This document shows, one piece after another, positions 41,936-53,083 of a DNA stretch of 64,000 bases (position 1 is the stretch's first letter; each line of letters opens with the position of its first letter). The translations under genes were made by a program, and so were the position numbers. Source of the DNA: Pirellulales bacterium (GTDB lineage Bacteria > Planctomycetota > Planctomycetia > Pirellulales > JBGAPH01); the NCBI GenBank assembly GCA_046349955.1, contig JAXMBI010000009.1:147443-211442 (forward strand), written 5' to 3'. The notes under the pieces are model-generated. The model saw nothing but the letters and a program-made list of their open reading frames with translations, was not told where the DNA came from and did not search any database.

Positions 41936-43561
41936 CTACCCCGGCCCCAACTCCGCCAGCACTTCGCGGGCGGCCCGCTCCCCTTGGTCGAACGCCTCTT
42001 CGAACAGGGGCAGGCCGCTTAGGTCGCTGTGGGCGAAGTGGACGCCGCCAAGCGGCTGGCGGGCGGCAGCCCGCGAGCGGCCCCAAACGAAGCCGGGGCG
42101 CGGGCGGATCATGGCGTGCCCCCAGCGCATCACGTCGAGCTGCGTTACCAAGCCCGGCAAATCAGCGTGCGCACGGCCGAGGTCGGCGATGGCCGTCTCG
42201 GCCCAGTCGCGCCAGCCCAGGCCGGCCAATCGTGTGCGGGCCGCGCGGCCGTCGGCGTCGCAGAGCGGGTAGTAGTAGGTGAAGACGGTCGGGCCGTGGT
42301 CGATGCCGCGCTGATGCGTGGCCACGACGTAGCCCAGCGCCGGGCTTTCGTAAAGCACGTTGTCCCAGCAGAGCGGAAAGCCACGCTCCGCCGGACGATC
42401 GCCCAGCGACAGGTTGGCCACCATCCAGGCACCGTAGTCGAAGTCGGCCAGGTGGGCCGGCGGCTGCTCGCGCCACGGCCGCAGCACGCGCCCGGCGACG
42501 AACTGCCCCGCAGCGAAGATCACCCGCTGGGCGCGGAACCCGTGCGGCCGGCCCTGCCGGTCGAGGGCAATCACCTCGACGCGGCCCTCCGGGGAAGCGG
42601 CCGGCGCTATCTCGGCCGCCAGCAGCCCGGGGCGAAGTTGTTTGCTTGCCAGGCCAGCCAAATGCCGCACGATCCGCGCATTGCCGTCGGGCCAGGTGAG
42701 CAGCGGCTGCGAGGGCTGGCCAGGCTCGCGCACCCGCGCGGCGAAGTAGAAGAGGGCGGCCCAGGCGCTCGTGTCGGCCAGGCAGAGGCCATAGTCGTCG
42801 CGGCAGCCGTAGTCGATCCACCACAGCAACCGCGGAGAGTCGAACCCGCGCTGGGCGAGCCAGTCGGCCATCGAGAGGCGGTCGAGCTCAGTGACGGCCG
42901 GATCGTCGGAGGCCGCGCTCACCGGCACCGCGAACGCCCGCCGGCCCTGACCATCGCGCCAGGCGACCCAGCGATCGATCTCGGCCTGAAACGCGGCGAG
43001 CTGCCGGCGGTCTTCGGCCGAGGCCCCAACGTGCAGGTAGAGGTCCTCGTACCACCGCCCCTTGAAAAACAGCCGCTCCTCCGGCTCGCGGACCAGGCAC
43101 TCCTCGGCCGCCACCGGCTGCCCCGCGGCGTCCCGCCCTTCGAGCGCACCGAGTTCCTCGAGCAACTCGACCAGTGGCGCATTGTCGGCGGTGGGAAGCG
43201 GCAGGTAGTGAGCGCCCCAAGGGTGGGCGAGCCCGCCGGTCGAGCCGCCCCGCGCCGTGCCGCCGGGGGCCGCCTCGAGTTCGAGGAGCACAAAGTCTTC
43301 GCGCCCTGCCTTGAGCAGCCGCCGCGCCGCCGCAAGCCCCGAGACGCCGCCGCCGACGATGGCCACCGAGACGTCAGACCAGGCATCATCGGCCGGCCGC
43401 GGAACCGCGCCGCCTCCCCGCAGGCGGTGCCCGAAGTCGTCGGCTGCGCCGACGAGTTGGCCGGGGAACTCGAGATCGCTCGCGCCGCGCTCGGCGCAGC
43501 CAGCCAGGGCCGGCAGGCCGAGGAGGGAGACGAGGAGCTCGCGGCGGGAGAGGGGGGACAT
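41936..43561 (-). CDS. FAD-dependent oxidoreductase (amine-oxidase-like), Tat/lipoprotein-type leader
   Basis: MSPLSRRELLVSLLGLPALAGC leader and dinucleotide fold VAIVGGGVSGLAAARRLLKAGREDFVLLELEAAPGG. Confidence 0.8.
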   Translation of the reverse strand: MSPLSRRELLVSLLGLPALAGCAERGASDLEFPGQLVGAADDFGHRLRGGGAVPRPADDAWSDVSVAIVGGGVSGLAAARRLLKAGREDFVLLELEAAPGGTARGGSTGGLAHPWGAHYLPLPTADNAPLVELLEELGALEGRDAAGQPVAAEECLVREPEERLFFKGRWYEDLYLHVGASAEDRRQLAAFQAEIDRWVAWRDGQGRRAFAVPVSAASDDPAVTELDRLSMADWLAQRGFDSPRLLWWIDYGCRDDYGLCLADTSAWAALFYFAARVREPGQPSQPLLTWPDGNARIVRHLAGLASKQLRPGLLAAEIAPAASPEGRVEVIALDRQGRPHGFRAQRVIFAAGQFVAGRVLRPWREQPPAHLADFDYGAWMVANLSLGDRPAERGFPLCWDNVLYESPALGYVVATHQRGIDHGPTVFTYYYPLCDADGRAARTRLAGLGWRDWAETAIADLGRAHADLPGLVTQLDVMRWGHAMIRPRPGFVWGRSRAAARQPLGGVHFAHSDLSGLPLFEEAFDQGERAAREVLAELGPG

Positions 43562-43764
43562 GCTCTAGCTCGATATGTTTCAACGGTCCACGCTACTGCC
43601 GCGGTTGCCGGTTCTCAACCCTTTGTTGGCAGACAAGGGTTTCGGCCGACACGCAGACCTCCCCGCTTCGGCGTTCCGCACTCGGCGGGTGCGGGCTACG
43701 ATGGAGCTTGTCGCCTGGGCGAAGACCGCTCGGGCGACAGGAACTGCAAACCCTGGCTGCTCCC

Positions 43765-45057
43765 ATGCCGCGCCGCAACATCGTACTCACTCTGGGGGTG
43801 ATCCTCTTCTCGCTGCTCTGTTACGCCAGGGCCGATCGCAATCCCCATGGGCGTTACTTCGCCGAGATTCTCGATCAGGTCGATCGCCACGCGCTCGAAA
43901 CGCTGCCCCGGCAGCAGCTCTACGAGTCGGGCGTGCGGGGAATGCTCTCGGCCCTCGACGAGCACACCGGCTATAGCAACCAGGCCGAGTCAGAGCAGCT
44001 CAACGAGTTGCTCGACCAGGAGTTCGCCGGCATCGGCATTCGCCTCGACATGACGGCCACCGACGGGCGGCTGACGATCCTCAGCCCCATCTTCGGCAGC
44101 CCCGCCTTCAAGGCCGGCCTGCGGGCGGGGGACCAGATCGAGGCCATCAACGGCGAGAGCACCCGCGACCTCTCGATGGACGACGCGGTGCGTCGGCTGC
44201 GCGGACCGGCGGGCCAGGCGGTGACGCTGCTCGTGTTGCATCCCGGCGAGAAGACGCCCGTCGAAATCAGCGTGGTCCGCGGCCGCATTCAGGTGGAGTC
44301 GGTCGTGGGGGACTATCGCTTGCCCGACGGCGCCTGGAGCTTTGTGCTGGCGGCCGATCCGCAGATTGGCTACGTCCGGATCAACACCTTCGGCGCCCGC
44401 ACGGTGGAAGAACTGCGGGGCGCGCTCGAGGCGATCGAAAAGGCCGGCTGCCGGGCCCTGGTGCTCGACCTGCGCGACAACGCCGGCGGGCTGCTGACCG
44501 CGGGGATCGAGGTGGCCGATCTGTTCCTCGAGTCGGGCGTGATCATGACCACCCGCGGCCGCGATGGGGACGTGCTCGACACTTACGAAGCGCATCCCGG
44601 CGGCATGCTGACAGGCTGGCCGCTGGCGGTGCTCGTGAATCGCTATAGCGCGAGCGCGAGCGAGATCGTGGCCGCGGCGCTGCAAGATCACGGCCGGGCT
44701 GTGGTCGTAGGCGAGCGGACGTGGGGCAAGGGGACCGTGCAGAACGTGCTCAAGGTCGAAGGGGGGCGGGCGCTGTTGCGGCTGACCACGGCCGCCTACT
44801 GGCGTCCCAGCGGCCGCAACATCCACCGCCGCCGCGACGCGCCGCAGACCGAAGTGTGGGGCGTCGATCCCGATCCGGGGCTCCACGTCGGCCTCGACGA
44901 AGACCAGCGCCGCAAGGTCAACGAACACTGGGAGCGGCGCGACATCGTGGGCGCCCCGACGCCCACGCCCGGCAGCGCCGCGGAAGCACTGGCCGACGAT
45001 CCGCAGTTGGCCAAAGCGGTGGATTACTTGCAGACCAGACTGAAGGTCGGGAAGTAA
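43765..45057 (+). CDS. S41-family C-terminal processing peptidase
   Basis: N-terminal anchor, a PDZ domain (SPAFKAGLRAGDQIEAINGES) and the S41 catalytic region (VLVNRYSASASEIVAAALQDHGRAVVVGERTWGKGTVQ). ATG at 43765. Confidence 0.9.
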   Translation: MPRRNIVLTLGVILFSLLCYARADRNPHGRYFAEILDQVDRHALETLPRQQLYESGVRGMLSALDEHTGYSNQAESEQLNELLDQEFAGIGIRLDMTATDGRLTILSPIFGSPAFKAGLRAGDQIEAINGESTRDLSMDDAVRRLRGPAGQAVTLLVLHPGEKTPVEISVVRGRIQVESVVGDYRLPDGAWSFVLAADPQIGYVRINTFGARTVEELRGALEAIEKAGCRALVLDLRDNAGGLLTAGIEVADLFLESGVIMTTRGRDGDVLDTYEAHPGGMLTGWPLAVLVNRYSASASEIVAAALQDHGRAVVVGERTWGKGTVQNVLKVEGGRALLRLTTAAYWRPSGRNIHRRRDAPQTEVWGVDPDPGLHVGLDEDQRRKVNEHWERRDIVGAPTPTPGSAAEALADDPQLAKAVDYLQTRLKVGK

Positions 45058-45842
45058 AGTTTACAAGTCCTGCCGCTGAGTTGGGCGGGCGGTGCAGCAA
45101 ACGCGCGCAGGGTGCGCGGCTCGTGCGCGCCGCGAGGGTCTTGCGAACCCGCGGCCCTCGCGCGTCGTCGCTTGCGCGACCACGCTCAGCCGACGCGAGG
45201 CCAGCCGACCAGCTTTCCCAGCCCTTGCCAGCGGTCTTCGGGGCGAGACGATTGGGCGAGCGGCGACGAAGCCGTGAAGATGGAGGCCACCGGCGGCGCG
45301 ACAAACCTCCGGATAGGCAGCGCCGAGGAAGCGATTCCTGCCGCATTGGTCCGGCAGTTGCACACCGGGTAGTCCGACCGTGAGGAACGCCTCGGGGCGT
45401 CTTCCCCACGTCGGTCCTGCTCGCACGGTGAGGGACTGCAATCATGCTGATCCGACGCGCTGCTCGTCGCAGTTCCAGCACTTCTCGTAGCCGCTTCGTT
45501 TTCCGGCCCCGTCCCCGGCGCGAAGCCCCGCCCCGTTTGCCAGACTGGCCGCCCCGTTCCGGCCGCACCCGCCCTGATGCTCCGCGCTCCGGGCCGCTCC
45601 CCCCGGCGATTTCGACGTAGACTTGCGCGCGCCGTTTCCGCGAGGCGTCGCAGCGTAGCGTGCAGGCAACATGCCGGCAGCATTCGCAGCGAGCGGGCCC
45701 AACTCGTTTCGCCGCCAATCCTGAGTGCGGCCAAGGGCTTAGCCTGCGTCCTCGTCAGACCGGCCGTGGCGAAACCGCGCGCGGCACTCGGTTTGCCTCC
45801 TCCGGGAGGGGAATCTGCCAAGAGACATCAGGGGGACCTCGC

Positions 45843-46607
45843 ATGGCGACCGTTGAAGCGCTGCCTGAAATCGATCGTGAGGATTCGCCGGCTTATCCGG
45901 TCGAGTCTTACGAGCCGCCCCGTCGGCGGCGGCGCAAACCGCCCATCTCGATTGCCGCGCTGCGGCTGTTGGCCGGCGAGCCAATCGTCGAGGCCGAAGG
46001 CAACCGCCAGGCCCTCTATCTAACCGCCAAACGGCTGCTCGACATCGCCGGCGCCCTGTTCCTGCTCGTGCTGCTCGGCCCTTTGATGTTGGGCGTGCTG
46101 GCCGTGCTCACCGTCACTACCCGGGGCAATCCGCTGTTCGTGCAAGAGCGGCTGGGCTATCGCGGCCGCCGGTTTCGCATGATCAAGTTCCGCACGATGC
46201 GGCTCGACGCGAACAAGGTGCAGCACCTAGTGAAGAACGAGAAGGACGGGCCGATCTTCAAGAACCGCCGCGACCCACGGATCACCCGCATCGGCCGCAT
46301 CTTGCGAATGACGAGCATCGACGAGCTGCCGCAGCTCATCAATGTACTCAAGGGGGAGATGTCGCTCGTGGGCCCCAGGCCCCCGGTGCCCGGCGAAGTC
46401 GCCAAGTACAAGCAGTGGCACCGCCGCCGCCTGGCCGTCCGGCCGGGGCTGACCTGTCTGTGGCAGGTGAGCGGCCGCTCCGAGGTGGGCTTCGAGGATT
46501 GGGTGCGGATGGATCTGTGGTATCTGCGGAATCAGAGCCTGAAAACGGATCTGCGGCTGCTGCTGGCCACCCCCTGGAAGGTGCTGACGGGCAAGGGAGC
46601 GTATTAG
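45843..46607 (+). CDS. Polyprenyl-phosphate sugar phosphotransferase (bacterial sugar transferase family)
   Basis: KRLLDIAGALFLLVLLGPLML, KFRTM, DELPQLINVLKGEMSLVGPRP and RPGLTCLWQVSGRS. ATG at 45843. Confidence 0.9.
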   Translation: MATVEALPEIDREDSPAYPVESYEPPRRRRRKPPISIAALRLLAGEPIVEAEGNRQALYLTAKRLLDIAGALFLLVLLGPLMLGVLAVLTVTTRGNPLFVQERLGYRGRRFRMIKFRTMRLDANKVQHLVKNEKDGPIFKNRRDPRITRIGRILRMTSIDELPQLINVLKGEMSLVGPRPPVPGEVAKYKQWHRRRLAVRPGLTCLWQVSGRSEVGFEDWVRMDLWYLRNQSLKTDLRLLLATPWKVLTGKGAY

Positions 46608-46673
46608 GCAAGAACCTCTAAGGTACGTTTGGGCAGCCGTATTCGCGCTCCTTCCTGCCCAGGCTCGCCCCGC

Positions 46674-47846
46674 ATGCCTTCGGTCCAAGCTCCGCTGGCG
46701 GTTTCGCCCGCCGCGCTCATCGATCCGGTCCCCGCGCCGCGCGCCATCGGACGCGTGCTGCACCTCATCAACGGCGAGCACTACGCCGGCGCCGAGCGCG
46801 TGCAAGATCTGCTGGCCGCCGCGCTGCCGGAGTTCGGCGCTGAAGTCGTCTTCGCCGCGCTCAAGGCAGGCAAGTTCCGCGCGGCGCGCGGCTGCCAGAC
46901 CGCGCCGCTCTACGACTTCCCGATGCGCCGACGCTTCGACCCGCGGCCGATCTCGCAGATCGCCCAACTCGTGCGCCGCGAACAGACGGTGCTCTTGCAC
47001 ACCCACACGCCGCGCACGCTGCTCGTGGGGCGCGCCGTCTCCGCGCTCACCGGCGTGCCCCTGGTGCACCACGTTCACAGCCCCACCAGCCGCGATTCGA
47101 CGCGCCGCTTTCGCAACCTGGCCAATGCCCAGCTCGAACGCTGGGCCCTGCGGGGCGCTGCGCGCGCCATCGCCGTGTCGGCCGCCATGGGGCGCTATGC
47201 CGCCTCGTTGGGGTATCCGACGAACCGGATCGAAGTGGTGACCAACGGCGTGCCAGGCCCGGCGGCCCTCCCCGAGCGCCGTCCGCCGCGCGGCCGCTGG
47301 ACCTTGGGCATGGTGGCCCTCTTTCGGCCGCGGAAGGGAATCGAAGTGCTGCTCGAAGCGCTGTCGCTCCTCCGCCGGCAAGGGCTCGACGTTTGCCTGC
47401 GGGCGATCGGCGAGTTCGAAACGCCTGACTACGAGCGGCAGGTGCATGGGCTCGCGCAAACGTTGGGGCTTGAACTGTGGATCGAGTGGACCGGCTTCTG
47501 CGGCAACGTGCCCGCGGCGCTGCCGGGGCTCGACGCTTTGGTGCTGCCGAGCTTGTTCGGCGAAGGACTGCCGATGGTGCTGCTCGAAGCCATGGCCTCC
47601 GGCGTGCCGATCGTGGCGACATGCGTGGAAGGCGTGCCTGAGGCGATTGCCGACGGGGAAGAAGGGGTGCTCGTCGAGCCGCAATCGCCCCAGGCGCTCG
47701 CGGCCGGCATCGAGCGGCTGGTCAGCGGACAGCTCGATTGGACCGCGCTCCGCGCCAACGCCCGCCGCCGTTACGAAGCACAGTTTTCCGACCGTCACAT
47801 GGCCCGGGCCGTGGCGCACGTCTATCGCGAGGTGCTCGGATGCTAG
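46674..47846 (+). CDS. Glycosyltransferase family 4 (GT-B)
   Basis: VLHLINGEHYAGAERV... and the C-terminal EGLPMVLLEAMASGVPIVATCVEGVPE motif (the E-x7-E region). Confidence 0.85.
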   Translation: MPSVQAPLAVSPAALIDPVPAPRAIGRVLHLINGEHYAGAERVQDLLAAALPEFGAEVVFAALKAGKFRAARGCQTAPLYDFPMRRRFDPRPISQIAQLVRREQTVLLHTHTPRTLLVGRAVSALTGVPLVHHVHSPTSRDSTRRFRNLANAQLERWALRGAARAIAVSAAMGRYAASLGYPTNRIEVVTNGVPGPAALPERRPPRGRWTLGMVALFRPRKGIEVLLEALSLLRRQGLDVCLRAIGEFETPDYERQVHGLAQTLGLELWIEWTGFCGNVPAALPGLDALVLPSLFGEGLPMVLLEAMASGVPIVATCVEGVPEAIADGEEGVLVEPQSPQALAAGIERLVSGQLDWTALRANARRRYEAQFSDRHMARAVAHVYREVLGC

Positions 47847-48688
47847 AACTCGAAATCGCCACCCCAGAACTCGATGTGAACGCCGCGCGGCGGCCCGAGC
47901 GGATCAGGCTGTTCGGGCTCGAGATCGACCGCGTGACGATGCCCGCGGCGGTCGAGCGCGTGCTCGCTTGGGCGGCTGCTCGCGATGGCGTTTGCCGGTT
48001 CGTGGTGACGCCGAACTTGGACCACGCCGTGATGTTCCAGGAGCATGCCGGCCTCCGCGCGGCCTATGCCGACGCCGCGCTCGTGTTGGCCGATGGCTGG
48101 CCGCTCGTGGCCGCTTCGCGCTGGCTCGGCAAGCCACTGCCGGAGCGTGTGGCCGGCAGCGACCTGGTGCCGGCGCTGTTTTCGGCCGCCTCTCAACAGC
48201 GGCAGCCGCTGCGGGTTTTTCTGCTGGGGGCAGCGCCTGGTGTGGCCGAGCGGGCGGCGGCCAACATAGAGCGCCGCTGGCCGGCCGTACACGTCTGCGG
48301 TTGCTATAGTCCGCCGCTAGGATTCGAGCGCGACGCCGTGGCCAACGCGGAGGTCCTCCGGCAGGTGGCCAACACCCAGCCCGACGTGCTGGTGGTTGGC
48401 CTAGGGGCGCCGAAGCAGGAACTTTGGCTGCACGAACATCGCAGCGAGCTGGGCGTGCCGGTGGCCCTGGGCGTTGGCGCGACGATCGACTTCCTAGCGG
48501 GCGAACGCCGCCGTGCGCCGCGCTGGCTCCAGCGGCTCCATCTCGAGTGGCTGCATCGGCTGGCCAGCGAGCCCCGCCGCCTGGCCGCCCGTTACGCCCG
48601 CGACGCCTGCGCGTTCCCCCAGCTCCTCTGGCGCGAATCGCGCGCTACGGCGAGCGGGGGACGATTCACGGCGAGCGGGGGACGATAG
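47840..48688 (+). CDS. WecB/TagA/CpsF-family glycosyltransferase
   Basis: VVTPNLDHAVM, ADGWPLV, VFLLGAAPGVAERAA, PDVLVVGLGAPKQELW and APRWLQRLHLEWLHRL. It overlaps the GT4 gene by 7 nt. The last ~14 codons are encoded by a repeat element. Confidence 0.85.
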   Translation: MLELEIATPELDVNAARRPERIRLFGLEIDRVTMPAAVERVLAWAAARDGVCRFVVTPNLDHAVMFQEHAGLRAAYADAALVLADGWPLVAASRWLGKPLPERVAGSDLVPALFSAASQQRQPLRVFLLGAAPGVAERAAANIERRWPAVHVCGCYSPPLGFERDAVANAEVLRQVANTQPDVLVVGLGAPKQELWLHEHRSELGVPVALGVGATIDFLAGERRRAPRWLQRLHLEWLHRLASEPRRLAARYARDACAFPQLLWRESRATASGGRFTASGGR

Positions 48689-48695
48689 TCCCCCG
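48649..48695 (+). repeat. Tandem GGCGAGCGGGGGACGAT(T/A) element ending in a 7-bp stem-loop that spans the wecG-like stop codon
   Basis: GGCGAGCGGGGGACGATTCAC is followed by GGCGAGCGGGGGACGATAGTCCCCC. The stem pairs 48677-48683 with 48688-48694, with loop GATA. The inverted partner lies at 51111-51134. Confidence 0.85.
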
Positions 48696-48825
48696 AGTCC
48701 TCCCCGGCGACACGGCTCGACACCGCGCCAAGCAGCGCGGCTGATTCTGCGGAGCTTAGCCCCGAAGGGGCGGTCGAAGGTAGCCTGGGGCGAAAGCCCC
48801 AGGTCGCCGACAGCGCTCGCGCTCA

Positions 48826-49336
48826 TGAGCCCCGGAAGGGGCGACAGGAGGCGCCTTGTTGCTCTTATCGCCAAAGGTAGCGCTCGTCGAAGGAAATCTG
48901 ATGTCTTTCGAGCAAGACACGAAACTCCTCCTGAAACGATAGTCGCTGATGGTGTTCGGCTTGGTTCTCGATGTACCGACGAACCTCCGCAAGGTTGGAT
49001 TGGCTGACGGCAAAAGCACCGTAGCCAGTTTGCCAACCAAATGGCGTTCCCGAAAACTGTTCCCGCACCCAGCGTGACGAGTTTGCTTTGAGGTCACGGA
49101 CGATTTCAGAGACAGCTAGTTCTCGCGAGAGGCCAACCAACAAGTGAACGTGGTCCGGCATCCCTCCGATCACGAGCGCCGGGCAATCGGCCGTCCGTGC
49201 GATCCCTCCGAGGTATCGGTGTAATCGCTCGGCCCGATCCGGCGCGATGAGGGGTGCGCGGTTCTTGGTGCTGAACACCAAATGAACGTGCAGACTCGCG
49301 TAGCTCTGGGGCATCTGTCGCCCTTCCAGGGCTCAA
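48826..49336 (-). mobile_element. IS200/IS605-like Y1 transposase (RAYT-type) unit bounded by inverted REP hairpins
   Basis: TGAGCCCCGGAAGGGGCGACAG (48826-47) pairs with CTGTCGCCCTTCCAGGGCTCAAA (49315-36), whose reverse complement is TTTGAGCCCTGGAAGGGCGACAG. Each contains a GC-rich stem-loop. More REP-like hairpins lie at 48758-48803. Confidence 0.75.
48865..49314 (-). CDS. IS200-like / REP-associated tyrosine transposase (HUH Y1)
   Basis: 149 aa starting MPQSYASLHVHLVFSTKNR. It has the HUH motif (PDHVHLLV) and a catalytic Tyr region (GWQTGYGAFAVS). Confidence 0.85.
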   Translation of the reverse strand: MPQSYASLHVHLVFSTKNRAPLIAPDRAERLHRYLGGIARTADCPALVIGGMPDHVHLLVGLSRELAVSEIVRDLKANSSRWVREQFSGTPFGWQTGYGAFAVSQSNLAEVRRYIENQAEHHQRLSFQEEFRVLLERHQISFDERYLWR

Positions 49337-49709
49337 AACCGTTGTTGGTCTGCCGGTCCCAGGGGCTTGCGCCCCTGATACCGTTTCCGTCGGCCGGCGT
49401 CGCCGAGCTTTAGGGCCTTTATTGGGCCCTCAGCAGAGCTCGGCGATGTTGGCCGCGGCCGATGTTTCCAACGTGCTGCATGATAGCATGACGGGCGTTG
49501 TTGACTCGTGTCTGCCCGAGCTCGCCTCGTCCGCCGTACGGTCTTGTCGCCCCGCCGCTGTGACGGACGTAGCCAGATCACCGGCGGCGGCCGCGGCGTC
49601 TGGGTCCACGTCTGAGAGAACCAAGCCTCGCGAAGGCCCTTGTATCAGGTGGACGCGTCCCAGCGCGCGGCGGGAATGGCAGGCAGTCTTCTAACCGTGG
49701 GCGCCAGCC

Positions 49710-50970
49710 ATGACCACTTCCCCCTCGCCGAACGCGTTCGCCTGGACTCATTTCGCCGGCTTCGATTGGGCCTGCGAGACCCATCAGGTCGTGGTGGTGG
49801 ACCAGACCGGACGCATCGCCGTGGAGCTAAGCTTCGCCGACGACGCCCAAGGCTGGCAACAGTTCCGCGAGCGGCTGGCGACGCTGGGCGAAGTGGCCGT
49901 GGCCGTGGAGACCAGTCGCGGCGCCGTCGTCGAGCGGCTGCTCGAAGCAGGCTTGGCCGTGTATCCCGTGCAGCCCAAAGCCGCCGAACGCTACCGCGAT
50001 CGCAAGGCCCCCAGCGGCGCCAAGAACGATTGGCTCGACGCCTGGAGTTTAGCCGACGCCTTGCGAACCGACGGCCACGCCTGGCGGCGCCTGGCGCCCG
50101 AAGATCCCTTGGTGCAAGAGCTGCGGCTGCTCTGCCGCGACGAGCGCAAGCTCATCGCCGCCCGCACCGCGCTGCTCAATCAACTGCAGCAGGCGCCGCG
50201 GGAATACTACCCCGCGGCGCTCGAGGCCTTCGACGATTGGACCTTGGCCGCTGCCTGGGAGTTCCTCCGCCGCTTTCCCACGCCCGAGGCCCTGCGGGCC
50301 GCCGGCCGCCGCAAGCTGGAGAAGTTCCTCCACACGCACGGCCTGGCCCGGCCCGAGCGCTATCAACAGCGGCTGGAGGTCTTCGCGCGGGCCACCGCCT
50401 TCTGCGGCCCGCCCGCGGTCACCCGCCAAAAGCCGGCTCGTCGTGCTGCTGGTCGAGCAACTTCAGGTGCTCGAGCGGCAACTGCAACAGTATCGGCAGC
50501 GGATCGAGGAGCTGTTCGCTCAGCATCCCGACCACGAGCTGTTCGGCTCGCTGCCAGGCGTCGGCCCCAAGCTCGGCCCGCGCTTGCTCAGCGAACTCGG
50601 CGACGATCGCGGCCGCTTCGACGGGCCCCAGGCCTTGCAGTGCTACGCCGGCACGGCCCCGCTCAGCTTCCAATCGGGCCAGATGCACCGCGTCCGCTTC
50701 CGCCGCGCCTGCAACAAGACTTTGCGGGCCAGCGTGCATCTCTGGGCCCACCTCAGCCGCCACTCCTCCCCCTGGGCCGAACGTTACTACCAGCACAAAC
50801 GCCAGGCCGGCATGACCCATGCCTGCGCCTTGCGCTGCCTCGGCCAGCGCTGGCTGAGCATTCTCTGGGCGATGTGGCAGGACCACACTCTCTACGATGA
50901 GGAACGCCACCAGGCGAACCAACGCCAACACGGCTCCCCCGTCGCCAGCCCCAACCCAAACCCCGCCTAA
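49710..50970 (+). pseudogene. IS110-family transposase gene split by a frameshift near 50424-50430
   Basis: The N-terminal DEDD/RuvC-like part (FAGFDWACETHQVVVVD...) is in the frame of 49710. The C-terminal Transposase_20-like part (LPGVGPKLGPRLLSELGDDRGRF...YAGTAPLSFQSGQ) is in the frame of 50443. Sense is restored by reading ...AVTR|AKSRLVVLLVEQL across gtcacccgcCaaaagccgg. The element ends are not defined. Confidence 0.8.
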
Positions 50971-51110
50971 ACCACCTCAAACCTCGGGGAAACCCTGTCG
51001 ATCCCATGTCAACAAAACGCCGCAAACGACCCTTGAAGACCCAGAGAACATCTGGCTACCCTCGTCCGCCCCTTCGGGGCTACTCGACCGACAATCACAA
51101 GCGTGCAGCA

Positions 51111-51134
51111 GGGGACTTTCGTCCCCCGCTCGCC
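51111..51134 (-). repeat. Inverted copy of the GGCGAGCGGGGGACGAAAGTCCCC stem-loop element, 2 nt after the acs stop
   Basis: The plus strand reads GGGGACTTTCGTCCCCCGCTCGCC. On the minus strand this is GGCGAGCGGGGGAC-GAAA-GTCCCC, matching 48670-48694. Confidence 0.85.
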
Positions 51135-51136
51135 GC

Positions 51137-53083
<1,947 letters not shown>

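Noticed and set aside
42029-43801. 590-aa plus-strand ORF opposite the FAD oxidoreductase
   Set aside because: Antisense shadow. The minus-strand protein has a clear Tat leader and a GxGxxG FAD fold.
44918-45821. 266-aa and 211-aa minus-strand ORFs in the 785-bp leader
   Set aside because: Arg/Pro/Ala-rich with no start context or motifs, and mutually overlapping. I treated them as non-coding.
49640-50815. 391-aa Arg/Pro-rich ORF overlapping the IS110 transposase
   Set aside because: This is a third reading frame of the same DNA with no transposase motifs. The DEDD and Transposase_20 motifs lie in the other two frames.
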